Positions 28,995 through 41,000 of a stretch of 64,000 nucleotides of DNA are shown here, in pieces. This DNA comes from Phyllobates terribilis (lineage: Eukaryota), in assembly GCF_046119375.1 (NCBI RefSeq), contig NW_027362763.1, positions 274,846,001-274,910,000 on the forward strand, read 5' to 3'. Numbering within the stretch: the stretch's first letter is position 1; the number at the start of each line of letters is the position of its first letter. A program made the translations under genes and the position numbers. A model generated the notes under the pieces. It saw only the letters and a program-made list of their open reading frames with translations, had not been told where the DNA came from and searched no databases.

Positions 28995-29616
28995 ACAGCT
29001 TACAAATTTAACCCACAGAGCATCAGTCACAGTACCCCTACATCAGTAGCTTACACATTTCACCCACAGAGCAGTTTCCACATTTACCACATTTACCCAA
29101 CAGGAGATTATAACAAATTTCACCCACGGAGCATGCTTCCACATTTCTCCCACAGAAGCTGATACAGAGCATTTGGCACAGCACCCCTACATTAGCAGCT
29201 TACAAATCTCACCCACAGAGCATGGGCCAGAATACCCCTACATTATCAGCTTACAACTTTCACCTATAGAGCATGTTTCCAAATTTATCCCACAGAAACA
29301 AATTTCAACCACAGAGCATTTTACCACTTATATCCCACAGAGGGTGATAACAAATTTCATCCAAAAAGCATGTTTATACATTTCACCCACAGAAGAGGAT
29401 AACAAATTTCACCCACAGAGCATGTTTCCACAATCATCCCACCGAAGCAGATAACTGTTATGCACTGTGCAGAGGGACCCAGCAAGACCAACACAAACCC
29501 AGCAAAGGCGCAGCCACAGATGTACTTTGCACAAGCTGCCCAGCTAGGCAAACCCTTGAGGTCTGAAAATACTCTTCACCCAGCTCCCAGTAAAAGGAAG
29601 GCGGACTTTAGCAGAA

Positions 29617-29925
29617 CCTCTTAATCATCCCTAGATAGTCACTCCCTGCATGTTTGAACAGCAGAATGGACAACATCCCACCATTGCATAGTGCCAGACT
29701 CAGCACCTTAATGCATTGCCTGGCAACCAGGGAAATCAGTGAGAGACACGGCATCCCACATCCTCACACATCCTACAACCCCAGAGCACGATGTTCCATA
29801 AGATTGGGACAGTCTCCGTGCACACATAGTAGCTCTGCCTCCAGGGTCAGGACCATGACGGTGCCTGCAACTGGAGTAGCGTAGCCCCAGACCTGCTCCA
29901 TTTCCAGGTGGGATCACAGAGCCAT
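29617..29925 (-). mobile_element. Fragment of a dispersed repeat, probably LINE (L1/Tx1-like) ORF2
   Basis: Clear reverse-complement homology to 36865-37205. Translation includes ..GDCPNLMEH..GCGMPCLSL, which loosely resembles the post-RT GGxGxP motif of L1/Tx1 ORF2. Confidence 0.35.
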
Positions 29926-30697
29926 GTCACCTAACAATAACAAATTTCTCTCACAGAGAATAGGGCACAGTACCCCTAAATTAGCAGCTTTCAAATTTAA
30001 CTCACAAAGCATAGGGCAGAGTATCCCTACATTAGCAGCTTACAAATCTCACCCACAGAGCATGTTTCCACATTCATCTGGCAGAATATAATAACAAATT
30101 TCACCCACATAGCATGTGTACACATTTCCCCCATAAAAGCTGATAAAAAATTCCACTCACAGAGCGTTTTCCCATTTTTCTGAGAAAGATTATGAAAAAT
30201 TTCACACCCAGACAATGAGGCACAGAACCCCCAACTGCTCAAAAATGTCTGCACCAATAACGTATGTTACAAATGCCGCCAATGAAAAGCTGGTAGAATG
30301 ATCTTGGATTAAGTTGGTGGTACAAAGCGAGGCTTGATACCTCTAGTTAAAAATTTGACCCAAATTGCATATTTAAACATTTCCCTCTTAGAAGCTGATA
30401 AGTAAATTTCACCCACAGAGCATGTTTTCACATATCCCTGAGAAAGCTGATTAAAAATTTCACAACCAGACAATGGGGCACAGCTCAAAAATGTCTACTC
30501 CAGTACAAATGCCACCAATGAACAGCTGGTAGCATGATCTTGGATCCAGCTGGCGATCCGCAGCAAGGATTGCTTCTGGCAGTCCATTTAAAAATTTCAC
30601 CCACATAGCATGGTCTAGGGTACCCCGCACAGAATCTTTTTAAAAATTTCACCCATAGAGAATATTTTCACATTTCCCCACAGCTCCAAAATGTTAC

Positions 30698-30983
30698 CTT
30701 CAATAGTGTACAAGCAGCCACAGATAAAAAGCTCATAATTTGATTCTGTATACAGCTGGCCGTTCCCTGCAAGGCTTGCTATTGCCAGTTCCAGCCCCTT
30801 TGCCTTGGGACAACTCCCAATGGCCTTGTCTCAGGGTCCCGGGGGGCCTGAGGTGTTTCCCTTGAAAAAAATAGAGTTCAAAGCAGGCAACCAAGCCTAA
30901 ATACTTCAGCTAGGGATAATGGAATTGTACCCTGCTTCTATTTTATTGTTTGTTCGAACTGTTGCCATGATTAAGAAGGGACC
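30698..30983 (+). pseudogene. Degenerate 18S rRNA fragment (conserved flank + V4 + downstream helix) inside hAT-C
   Basis: CAGATAAAAAGCTCATAATTTGATTC, TTGAAAAAAATAGAGTTCAAAGCAGG, ATACTTCAGCTAGGGATAATGGAAT, TTCTATTTTATTG..TTCGAACTG and GCCATGATTAAGAAGGGAC match vertebrate 18S colinearly (GCAGTTAAAAAGCTCGTAGTTGGATC..TTGAAAAAATTAGAGTGTTCAAAGCAGG..GCTAGGAATAATGGAAT..GCCATGATTAAGAGGGAC). Confidence 0.85.
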
Positions 30984-31734
30984 TGGTGGAACGCAAAGTG
31001 AAGGAACTAGAAGAAGGAACTCAATCATTCAATCTCAAAGCACCCACAGGTGGGGATGCAAAGTACACACATGTAACAGAGAATCAAGTTTCTAATCTGG
31101 AGAGGCAACCTGATAAACATATACCACACCTAAAGGCACCGACACACTAATAGAAAGGTAGCAGTCAAGCAAATTAACCGCTTCTCAACTGAGTCAGCAG
31201 CTCATATTGTGAGACTGAATAGCCATCCATGACAATTTAGAGGCTCAGTAATTGGCCAACAATGTAGAGTAAAATTATTTTTTAGGCACACTACTTGTAC
31301 AGACAAGGCTGCCAAGTACACAGAGAATTTTGGGCACAGTACCCCCACAAAAGCGAATAACAAATTTCACCTACAGAGCATGTTTTCACATTTATCCCAC
31401 AGAAGTTGATAAATTTTACCCACAGAGAATGTGGCAGAGCACCCTCTCAGAAGCAGCTTGCAAATTTCACCCACAGACCATGGGGCACAGTACTCCCTCA
31501 GATGCATCTTACAAGTTTCACCCACAGATCAGGGGGCACAATATCCCCACAGCTTCAAAATGTCTACTCTCGTAGCATATGTTCCAAATGCCGCCGAACA
31601 AAAGATTGTAGTATCATCTTGGAGTAGAGTTAAAAATTGCACCCACAGAGAATGTTTACACATTTCCCCCACAGAATCTGATAACAAATTTCACACCCAG
31701 ACAATGAACGACAGTACCCCCACAGGCAGGATCA

Positions 31735-34700
31735 GATGGTGGTGTCAGATGTTGTGGCATAATCATAAAGTTTTGCCATATTTTGGTCATGCTAACTTTG
31801 CCTTCGGAGATGCTGGTGGTGCCCCAGCTGCGTTGGCGACTTCCTCCTCTGCCTCTGACTTATTGTTGCACTGAGCCTCCACAGTCAGGTGGGAAAGCCA
31901 TTAGTAGTTTTTCTGCTAGTGTGTGCCTGTATTAAAACATTTTGTGATCCCTCTCCAGTGATGGAAGTAATAATGGTACATTATTATTGAAGTGAGGATC
32001 CATCAGGATGGCCATCCAGTAATCTGCACTGGTAACAATTCGGGCAACTCGGCGGTGATTCCGCAGGCACAGCAGCATATATTGGCTCATGTGTGCAAGG
32101 CTTCCCAAAGATATCGTCTGGGTACTCTGTATCCACCCAACCATGCTCCAGTGATGCCCGTGAGCTGATCTGAGTGCCACTCTGCTGTGAAAATGGATTT
32201 TCCTTCCCTGCCTCCGCCTCCTCCTCATCATCATGCTCCCATACTGTCCCTTGCTTGTTCAGTTGGGTTCCTGGCTGATGTTGGGACACTAACCCACCCT
32301 CCAAGCAATGTGTGGACAACAGGCCTGATAAATGTGTGAATTGGCTTTTGTTCTCTACCTCCTTTGCCACCACCTTATCCATCATGGCCTGAATTGATTT
32401 TTTCAGCAGGCATATAAATAATATAGTAACGCTGATGATGGCATCATCAGCGCTGGCCATATTGGTGGAATATTCAAAGCAGTGCAACTAGGCAAACACA
32501 ACCCACATGGAGACCCAGTCATTGGCGGTGAAGTGGTGTTGTTCTGCAGTGCGACTCAGCCATGCATGCTATAGATGAAACTCCACTATTGCCTGCTGCT
32601 GCTCACACAGTCTCTCTAGCATATGCAATGTGGAATTCTACCTTGTTGGTAAGTCTCATATCAGCCAGTGAGCGGGAAGCCAGAATTGACAGTGCAGCAC
32701 AGACAGGCGAACAGCAGGGTGAGTGGGCCAAAAGTACACACACACTGCCCACACTTTCAACAGCAGTTCCAACATATGTGGGTAGTTTTTCAGGAAGCTC
32801 TGAACCACCAAGTGGAGCACAAGCGCTTTGCAAGGCATGTGCATCAAACCGGCTAGGCCATAGCTGCTATGAGATTTCACCTGTTATCGCACACAACCAG
32901 ACAGACAAGAGGTTCACTGGCAGCAATGACTCATTTGTCTGCTGTTTGATTCCAGTCCACAACTCCTGCGCGTTATGGGATTTGTCCACCAAGCAGAGTA
33001 GTTTAACCCTGCTGTTCTGTTCGGGTCCATATGACCTGAAATGAAATTTGAGACCCTGCAGATTATTTATTATGTGGATCTGAAACTTGTAATTAATTGA
33101 CTTTTCCTCATTTGAGGGGTTCTTACTATGAGTGTTATTTTTTTTTTTTGTTTATTTTCTGCTTCACGCTGATTGTTACACTTGTACTGTTCGGGTCAAT
33201 ATTAGCCAATAACATTTTATACTGTTCAATAGGTCAGTAAATATTTCTGCCTGCAAAATGTATTTGTTTTCCTGTATACTTCATCTCATTATTCAAAAGG
33301 GTGGAGGTTTCACTGTTCTTATCAGTGAGCAAGTACTCATCCAGTCATTTCTCTTTCAATTCTGTGAGAGAGGACACTGAGCTGTGAATACACATCTTTA
33401 CAGGTATGTAGCATATAAGCTATGCTTTTCTTCTCAAATTATTCAATTCTGTTCTTTAGATTGCATATTGTAAACCCATTTTTTGATTACTGTGCCATGA
33501 TGTAAGCTAATGTGTGCCCATCTAAAGGTACCCTTAGGCTTGTGTAGACTGAACGTTTGTCTAGGAGGGGGTGTACTCTCACTGATGTGATATATTGATT
33601 GCATGGATGAGCATTGAGTACAGATTTGAACAAGGTCTGTTTTAGGGCCCCATCACACACACACAGATACACCCTATGATTGCGATCTTGCAACGTCACA
33701 AGCACGAGGCTCCAGCATTGTAAGCGTAGCGGTCACACTGCACTTTCTTCATCGCTGGGAGAACGATGGGGCCCTTACTGTAGTATATAAGCTCTTTTTG
33801 TTGGGAAACTAGTTATAGATTTTTTTCTCTTTTATTGTTATTTATTTATATAGTTCATTTTTTTCATTATTTTTCATTTGTTGTTTTATAAAATGTTAAC
33901 AAAAAGTTATATTTAGTTAGATTTCATGTTATAGTAATAGAAATCTAAAGCATGTTTGTTATTTGTGTGCAGAATGCTGTAAAGTGAACATAATTGCAAA
34001 CAGCCCGGGTAACCTTTTTCTGAAAAAAATAAATAAAAATAAAGTTTTAATTTCATTTTTCATTTGTTTATGATCAAGCATGTTCACATACAGTTTACTA
34101 ATGAAATAGGTATTCAAATAAAACACTTACAGTAGCTAAAAATCAACATTTTTATAGGTTGGGTCATATTGACCCAAAACAGTACAAGTGTATAATAAAT
34201 GCGATCAGAACAGCAGAATTAAGAATAGCCTGCTGTAGTTTCCTCACGGCTGTGCTTAAGTTGGTGGTTCAGGTATTCCTGTGACTGAATGAGGAGGCAG
34301 TGGAGGATGAAGAGTAAGAGGAGGAAATCTGTACAGATAAACGTCCAGCAATACTAGGTGGTGGTAGGACATGAAGTCGAATGCCTTTCTCCTCTGCCCC
34401 AGCCGCCACTACATTTACGCAGTGGGCAGTTATGGAGAAGTAATGTCCTTTGCTATGCTTACTGGTGCATGTATCGGTGGTTATGTGGACCTTGTCACTG
34501 ATAGCATTGTGTAATTCACACTTGATTTAGTCCACAATATGTTTGTGCAGGGCAGGGATGTCCCACCTGGAAAAATAGTGGCGGCAGGGAACAATGTACT
34601 GCGGGACAGGCACTGACATCATTTTTTTTAAACTGCCAGTCTCCACCAGCCAGAGTGGCAGCATTTCAAAGGCCAGTAATTTTGAAATGCTATCATTCAG

Positions 34701-35947
34701 GACCATGGCTCATGGGTGGCTAGGTTGTAATCTCCTCTTTCTCTTTAGGATTTGGGGGATGGAAAGCTGAACACTTCCATGGGTAGGTGTGGAGATGCTC
34801 GGTGACACTGGTGGTGTTAGTGGTGATGCTGTCACATCCCCTAAATGTGGGTAAGCAGGTGGCCCTGTTGATCATGAGCTGGAATAAGAGACTGAGACCA
34901 TAGCAAAAGAGGGAACAGGAGGAGACTCATATCTGTCAAGGCTTTTAAGATGTGTACTCTACTGCACCTCCTGCTAGGAATTCCGGTGCCTCACCATACA
35001 GGTGGTTCTCAGCTTCAGAACATTAATGCCTTGCTTCAGCTCCTGAGGGCACAGAGTGAAAACCACCTGTCACTTCTCGGAAGAATATTCTCTGAAGAAA
35101 AGCAACGCCAAGAAGCACTTTTGAGTTGTCTTTGGTGTGCTTATATCAGCAATGGGCAGTAGCAGCCGATGTACTAACTAAGGGCTGCCCGCTGTGCCTT
35201 TTCACCAAGCTTCCTCTTTTGCTGTGCTCTTGTGGCAGCATGGCCACCCCCTCTTCCTCCAAACTGTGCATGTCACTAGGATGTGCTCCAGTCTATGTGG
35301 GGTCTAGGACCTCATAATCCCCTGCATCATCTTTCACCAACTCCTCAATCCTGCAACCGTAATGACGACTCCCCAGTTGGCCACTGAGTTTCATCATCAT
35401 CTGACATGTGCTGTTGAGGTCCACTCACTGTGTGCACTAGTTCTCCCACATACTCATCTTCCCACCTAACAAGTGGTTGGGAATTAGTGCACTCCATCTC
35501 TTCCACTTCTGGAGCAGGGGCAGGTGGATGGGCTATGGAACCCAAGTCAGTAGAGTCATCAAAAAGCAGAAGAGACTGGTGCATAACTTGGGGCTCAGAT
35601 TTCTTGGCTGATTTGCAAGGGGGTGAGGTGTAAGCTGGATGACCATGGTCCTCAGGTGCCAACTGTGCAGTTTCTGCACTGGACAGTGTGGAAGATAATG
35701 CAAAGGAACTGGAGACACTCTCAGCCATCCACTCTAACACCTTTTCAACATCTTGTGGCCTCAAGATTTGTGCAGCTGTATTCAGGACTACGAAAGGACG
35801 TAAAACGTCCTGTCGCCTGCGTGCACCAGAGAAAGGTGTTGTAATTGTGCATGTAGCAGGTTCAGAATGACCACGTTCTCTTCCTGCATCAGCTATACCA
35901 CCACCATCAGCAGCTACTGCTACCACGGCCACATCCACGTCCCTCAT
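31735..35947 (-). pseudogene. hAT transposase pseudogene (subfamily C), C-terminus missing, split by a TTAA element
   Basis: Relics of the N-terminus (ORF 35345..35947), the BED region near 35000-35120, KVHITTDTCTSKH, RLICDVEFH-region/HMLELL and SADYWMAILMDP. Many stops and frameshifts; no hATC domain left of about 31735. Confidence 0.85.
33007..34218. mobile_element. Non-autonomous piggyBac-like element with TTAA TSD
   Basis: Ends TTAA|CCCTGCTGTTCTG and CAGAACAGCAGAA|TTAA. Internal inverted repeat TACACTTGTACTGTTCGGGTCAATAT (~33178) / ATATTGACCCAAAACAGTACAAGTGTA (~34168). Removing the element rejoins the hAT frame (TTNLSTAVRKLQQAILKLLCLVDKSH). Confidence 0.85.
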
Positions 35948-35989
35948 TTGATGCTCTCCTCACTTTTGGAACTTGATTTTTTAAACACT

Positions 35990-36590
35990 ACTCGTTAAAA
36001 TCTGACGGAAGAGTACATTTATTTTTTTGCAACTGAACTAGAAAAGACACAGCGATCCTAAAAACGTATGTCTTTGGCCTAGAAATGGCAATTAGATGGC
36101 TGATGCCAATTCTTTATTTCTCAGACTAATAAAAAACACACATCAGCCCTGAAAAATTTGTTTTGGTGACTAGAAATGGCAGCGAAACAGATGAGGCGGT
36201 ATATTGATTTTCAAAAGTACTAGAAAACAAACACCAGGCCAGAAAAAATATTTTGGGGCCTAGAAATAGCAATGAGAAGGCTGATTTGATATATTGATTT
36301 GCAAAAGAAGTGCTAGAAAACCCACACCAGGCCTAAAAAAATTTTGAGGCTTAAAATGGCAACGAGAAATCTGATATGATGATTTGCAAAAGTAGTAGCA
36401 AACACATACCAGGCTTGAAAAATTATTTTTGGGGTCTAGAAATGGGAACAAGAAGTCTGATGTGATATATTGATTTGCAAAACTACTTGAAAACAGACGC
36501 CAGGCCTGAAAAATTATTTTATGGGCCTAGAAATGGCAACAAGAAGGCTGATGTGATATATTAATTTGCAAAAGTACTAGGTCTAAGGGG
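35990..36590. repeat. Degenerate ~60/120-bp 5' subterminal repeats of hAT-C
   Basis: CTAGAAATGGCAA..GCTGATGTGATATATTGATTTGCAAAA and CCAGGCCTGAAAAAT recur upstream of the transposase start. Confidence 0.75.
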
Positions 36591-36805
36591 TAACGTTTCT
36601 CCTTATGGAGAGTGACACACCAGCTCTGGCACGTCAAGGTAAGGAGGCTTATTCGCCGTGCAATGCTCCTCTGGGAAATTTAATATGCAAATTGCCTCTT
36701 CAGAGAATAAGAGGACTTGTACTCTATAGCACAACCTATTGGAAGCAGCAATCCTACAAGTCACTCTCAACCCTTTAACGAGTCGTGCAATATGACTTAG
36801 GATCC
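36591..36805. repeat. Fragment of another dispersed repeat (possibly Penelope-like), truncating hAT-C
   Basis: Abrupt junction with the hAT repeats at about 36590. The family call rests only on recalled resemblance to anuran repeats and is unverified. Confidence 0.25.
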
Positions 36806-36864
36806 TAAGCAGCTTAAGGGCACAGTACTCCCACAGGTGGAGGGGGAAGATGTTAAGAATCATG

Positions 36865-37205
36865 GTTCTGTGCTTCCACCTGGGAATGTATGAGGTCCGG
36901 TGATATGCTACTCCAGTCGCAAGCACCGCCATTGTCTTGACCCCGGAGGTGGAGTTACCATTTGTGCAGGGAAACTGTCCCAATCTTGTGGAGCATTGCG
37001 TTCTGTTGTGGGAGGAGTGAGGACGCGGGATGCCGTGTCTATCACTGATTACTCTGCCCAGGGAAGATGGGATGCTGTCTTCCCTGGTTGCCAGGTAACA
37101 CAGGATGCTGTTTTGTATGGTACTAAGCTAAGCAATGGTGGGATTTTGTACAGTCTTCTGTTGAAGCAAGCATAGAGTGGCTGTTTGGGGATGATTGAGA
37201 GGTAA
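36865..37205 (+). mobile_element. Fragment of a dispersed repeat, probably LINE (L1/Tx1-like) ORF2
   Basis: Inverted homolog of 29617-29925; translates to ..VQGNCPNLVEHCVLLWEE*GRGMPCLSL. Confidence 0.35.
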
Positions 37206-37998
37206 TCAACAACTGATTATTAAACGGGCTATATAATTCTGCTCCGTGCTCAGTTCTTTGCTGTATTGAAGTTCCTTATGTGCTTGGTGGGGAGTTGTGC
37301 TAGCATTAGTCTTGCTATCTTTGCAGGTGTTTTCTCATTTTCTGTTCTGGTTTTAATTCATGGGGTCCTTGCAGAAGTTCTCACCTGGTTCTTGACTAGG
37401 TACCAGCCGCGTCACCAGACGCCAGTTGTCCGACGACAGTGGAGATAGGAAGGGCTCTGGCAAAGTCCCCCTTCCATTTACCCCTTTTGAATATAACAAA
37501 CCCTCTAGATATCTGACTCTGAACCTCTTGACTACCCAGCCTCACAACTTGTCCGTGAGCAGTGACTAGCATCACATATGTCTGTTTAACTCTGCCACTC
37601 CCTCCTCCTCCTAGCTATCTCTCCAATTTTCAAAACAATTGTAATACTTCATGTCTGTTTTCAAGGATTGCACTAGTTATTCTTAAGGTTTACATATGGT
37701 GTGTTGTTCTCCAATAACTTTTATTACAGTTTTTCAGAAGAGCCTAGAGGGTGGTGATCAACAATAAATAATTCACTTTTTGGTAACTGTGATGAATTAG
37801 AGGATATAATAGTACAGGTTTACCCCCTAAGTCACGCACCAAGAATGTGTTACCTGCACCATCAAATCCCTATGGTATAGGTACATGTTTAGCACTATAA
37901 TTGAGAAAAAAGTCATTCGTGGTGTTATGTAAATAGTGACAAAAATGTGCTACTACTACATATTCATCTAACATAAATTTATGATAACTACAGGTACT

Positions 37999-38714
37999 TG
38001 TCATGGCTTGGTTTGGGGATTCGATCCACTAACCTGTTAATCTGTAGTCAGTTCCCCTGACTGCTGAGCTATAGCCTTTTCTTAATGTCCAAATGCTGAC
38101 GGTTTCAATTGTCTTTGTTCCCCCTTCTTAGTTTGCTCCTCTCCAGGTGTTTTCCTTTTTCTCATTTTGTTCTGCCCTCTCACATTGCCTGTAGGGTTTT
38201 TTATGTTCATTTTTCACTGCACTTCCTTGCTGGTTATATCTCTAGGTGGACTAAAGTTTAGGAGTTCTATACCTTCAGCTAAGGGGTTTACCTTTCATGG
38301 TAAACACTAGTTGAATTCTTGCACTGAGTCTGTTTGTTTCCTTCCCAGTTCCTCTGCATTTCACTTCTTTAGGTTTTTGATAGGTTATACTTGTTCTGTT
38401 TTGACTCTCCTTTGCTTTCCCCCTATAGTTTATATGAATGTGTTTTAATTTGCTCACTTTAAGTTTTCGTATCTTCCTGTAAATTTTTCTCTTGTTGGCA
38501 GTGCGTTGTGGCCTCCCCGTGGTTCCTCAGTAGGTAATAAAAAAATCCTCCATGGCCATTAAGGGAGCCAGGTTCAAAGTGGTGTTTTTGAGTTGTTTGG
38601 CTGGGGTCTTTCTAGTCTGTACAGGGACCAATTGTGTGTGGATGAGGTGTCTCCCTGTACTAGATCGTCCTTTTTTCCATTACCCGTGAGTGAGTGTATG
38701 TTACGTTCATAACA
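37999..38714. mobile_element. Solo LTR
   Basis: TGTCATG...CATAACA termini; flanks GTACT and GCACT match 4/5 as a 5-bp TSD. Confidence 0.6.
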
Positions 38715-38749
38715 GCACTTTGTTTCAGAGAGATGCATATAAGACTTAC

Positions 38750-39648
38750 GCTAACACACACACATTCTGAATAGTCAGGTCAAGTCATACCTAGACTGTG
38801 TTCTTACCTTATGTCCCAATTCCATGGATTTCTGGTCAAATTGGATAAGTGGCTAGTAGTGGCACAGTTTGCTAAGAGAATATAGTTATTTCCAGCTTCC
38901 AGTGTCACGTCAGACACAGACACTCAGTGCAGGTGGTGGATTTGTCATACCAAAACTGACCAGCTTATCTTCTGCAAGCATGGAAGACCTAATATTTGTC
39001 AAAATGAATCACACATTAATCAGTGGGGACATTCATGCACTATCGGCTGATGCTAATAATTAAATTGGCCATACCATTGTCTTCTACACTATTCAGCTAC
39101 AGCCAGTGAAGTACACTTGTTTTATCTCCCTTTTAAAGGGATAATTTTTGGACACCTTATTAAAAAGCTATTGTTCTTCATTTAGCAAAGCTCTTTATAA
39201 CTCCCAAACAGGAATAATTCAAGCACCCAACTGTGTGAAAATGGTATTTATTTTTCCATTTGCAAAAACTGTCTATAAACCACAACACTGCATACATCGC
39301 ACCCACCCCTCAAAAATGTGATAATTTTTAGACATTTTATACAATTGATGTAGCCTAAAAAGTCTTATATTGCAGTGTTTTATGAAATACTCTGTTGCCC
39401 ACTGTTTTTCCCTATCTAGATCGGTAGAAGTCATTTGCTCATTAAAACTACTATGTTTTCATAACAGAGCTCAAAACATGAGCAATTGACTCCAAGGGGA
39501 ACTCACAGTGTTCTGCACATATTTTTCTGGCTATCAAAGGCTTTTTTAATTAAGTGATTTCGGCAAATTTATTTGCCGCAAATCAAAATTTAGGGGGAAA
39601 TTTGGCAAAGTCGGCGAATTCTATTTTCAAAAGATACGCTTATCTCTA
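38750..39648 (+). mobile_element. 3' end fragment of a fourth hAT element (hATC domain + TIR)
   Basis: About 38790-39063 translates to relics SMDFW..LDKW..FPASSV..SAGGGFVIPKLTSLSSASMEDLIFVKMNH (hAT dimerisation domain). The fragment ends CGCTTATCTCTA at 39648. Confidence 0.8.
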
Positions 39649-40047
39649 CTATTAACTGTAACCACAAAAAAAAGTTTCACTTACATTTATACATTGAATG
39701 TTTAAAAATATAGTCACTTTCACTTTCAGGTTGGAGGGTATCTTTTGTTTTCTGCTGTGATATATTTCCCCTGATGCAACCTGTCTTGTTCCAGAAATAT
39801 AACAGAACAAATTATTTCAGAAGCAGCAATGATAAATCAATTGATACTGGTTCCAGGCTTCATACTGCAGATTTTTATTATAAAGTAGTGTTCAATGGAA
39901 GTGTACTGATAAGGTAGTGTTCCTAAGTCTATCTTATTTTCTTAAAGTTGTCTGGTAACAATGCTCATGATCACGCCATTGATATGTAATGGACTCAAAA
40001 AGGTACAGTACAAGTAAAAATATTGTAAAATACTGTGTAATATATCA

Positions 40048-41000
40048 TCTACTATATAATCGGCTTATCCCATCTGTCTGTCCATCCAGGAAATCCCGCA
40101 TCGCTGATGGGTCCAGCCGCGGCCAGTCAGTCAGCAGGGCTGACTCCGTCCATGTGGTCATGTGACTCACCAACTGCCCATGACGTACTGAACATGTTTT
40201 GTCAGTCACAGTGTGTGATGTACTTCTGTCACGTTTACTGAACACGTTCTGCCAGTCACAGCGCGCTGAACACATACTTCTTTACTGCACATTATCAAGA
40301 ATTACACTTCCTGTCTTCCAATGGGTCGTAAGTGAATATACGCCACTGAGGATGACAGAAAAGCAGCAAGGAAATGACAACGATGAGAGCAACAGACACC
40401 ACAACAAACTGCTGCCACACAAGCCCAGAATGCGGAATCTAACAGAAAACGTCGGCAACAGGAGACACCACAACACACTGCTGTACAAAACCAGAATGGG
40501 GGGGCCATACAAGCCAGGATGAGGAGGCCATGCAAGCCAGGATGAGGGGCCATAAAAGCCAAAATAAGGGGGCCATACAAACCAGGATTAGGGGAATGAC
40601 GGAGCATTAAAATATGGAAATTTAACAGTAGCTGCTGCATTTCCCACCATAGGCTCATACTCAAGTCAATAAATTTTCCCAGTTTTTTGTTGTAAAATTA
40701 GGGGTCTTGGCTTATACTAGGGTCACCGCAAACAGGCAGCAAGTGACCCCCGGCTGGAGCTGGCTCTTGCTTCCGCTTATGTCATGACTATTTGTGGCTG
40801 CAGCCAAGGGATCTCCTGTTTTGCGTTCCACGGTGAGTGATGGGCTGTGGGCGGGGTTATCCCCATCCCGTCACACCCAGCATCCACCGCACGCGCATTC
40901 ATTGACAGAGCACGCGGTGGATGCTGGGTGTGACATGATGGGGGATAACCCTGCCCACAGCCCGTCATTCACCGTGGTACACGGAACAGAAGACCCCTTG
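40048..41000. mobile_element. Probable non-autonomous rolling-circle/MITE-type element with a 22-bp minisatellite and central palindrome
   Basis: Starts A|TCTACTATATAA (Helitron-like 5' end). Has ~22-bp repeats at 40490-40590 and a long hairpin at 40805-41000, and is cut at 41000 by the LTR element. Confidence 0.35.

Larger units (their letters stand above)
27640..31730. repeat. Degenerate tandem repeats of the hAT-C 3' subterminal region, interrupted by insertions
   Basis: Many copies of AAATTTCACCCACAGAGCATG and GGGCACAGTACCCCTACATTAGCAGCTTAC. Confidence 0.8.
27275..36590 (-). mobile_element. Decayed hAT transposon, second subfamily (copy C); right TIR missing
   Basis: Left end TAGACATGAGAAAACCCG..GTTCGGGTTC (TIR-like, 9/11 to TAGAGATGAGC), internal degenerate repeats, a transposase relic on the minus strand and subterminal repeats at 35990-36590. 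Confidence 0.75.
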
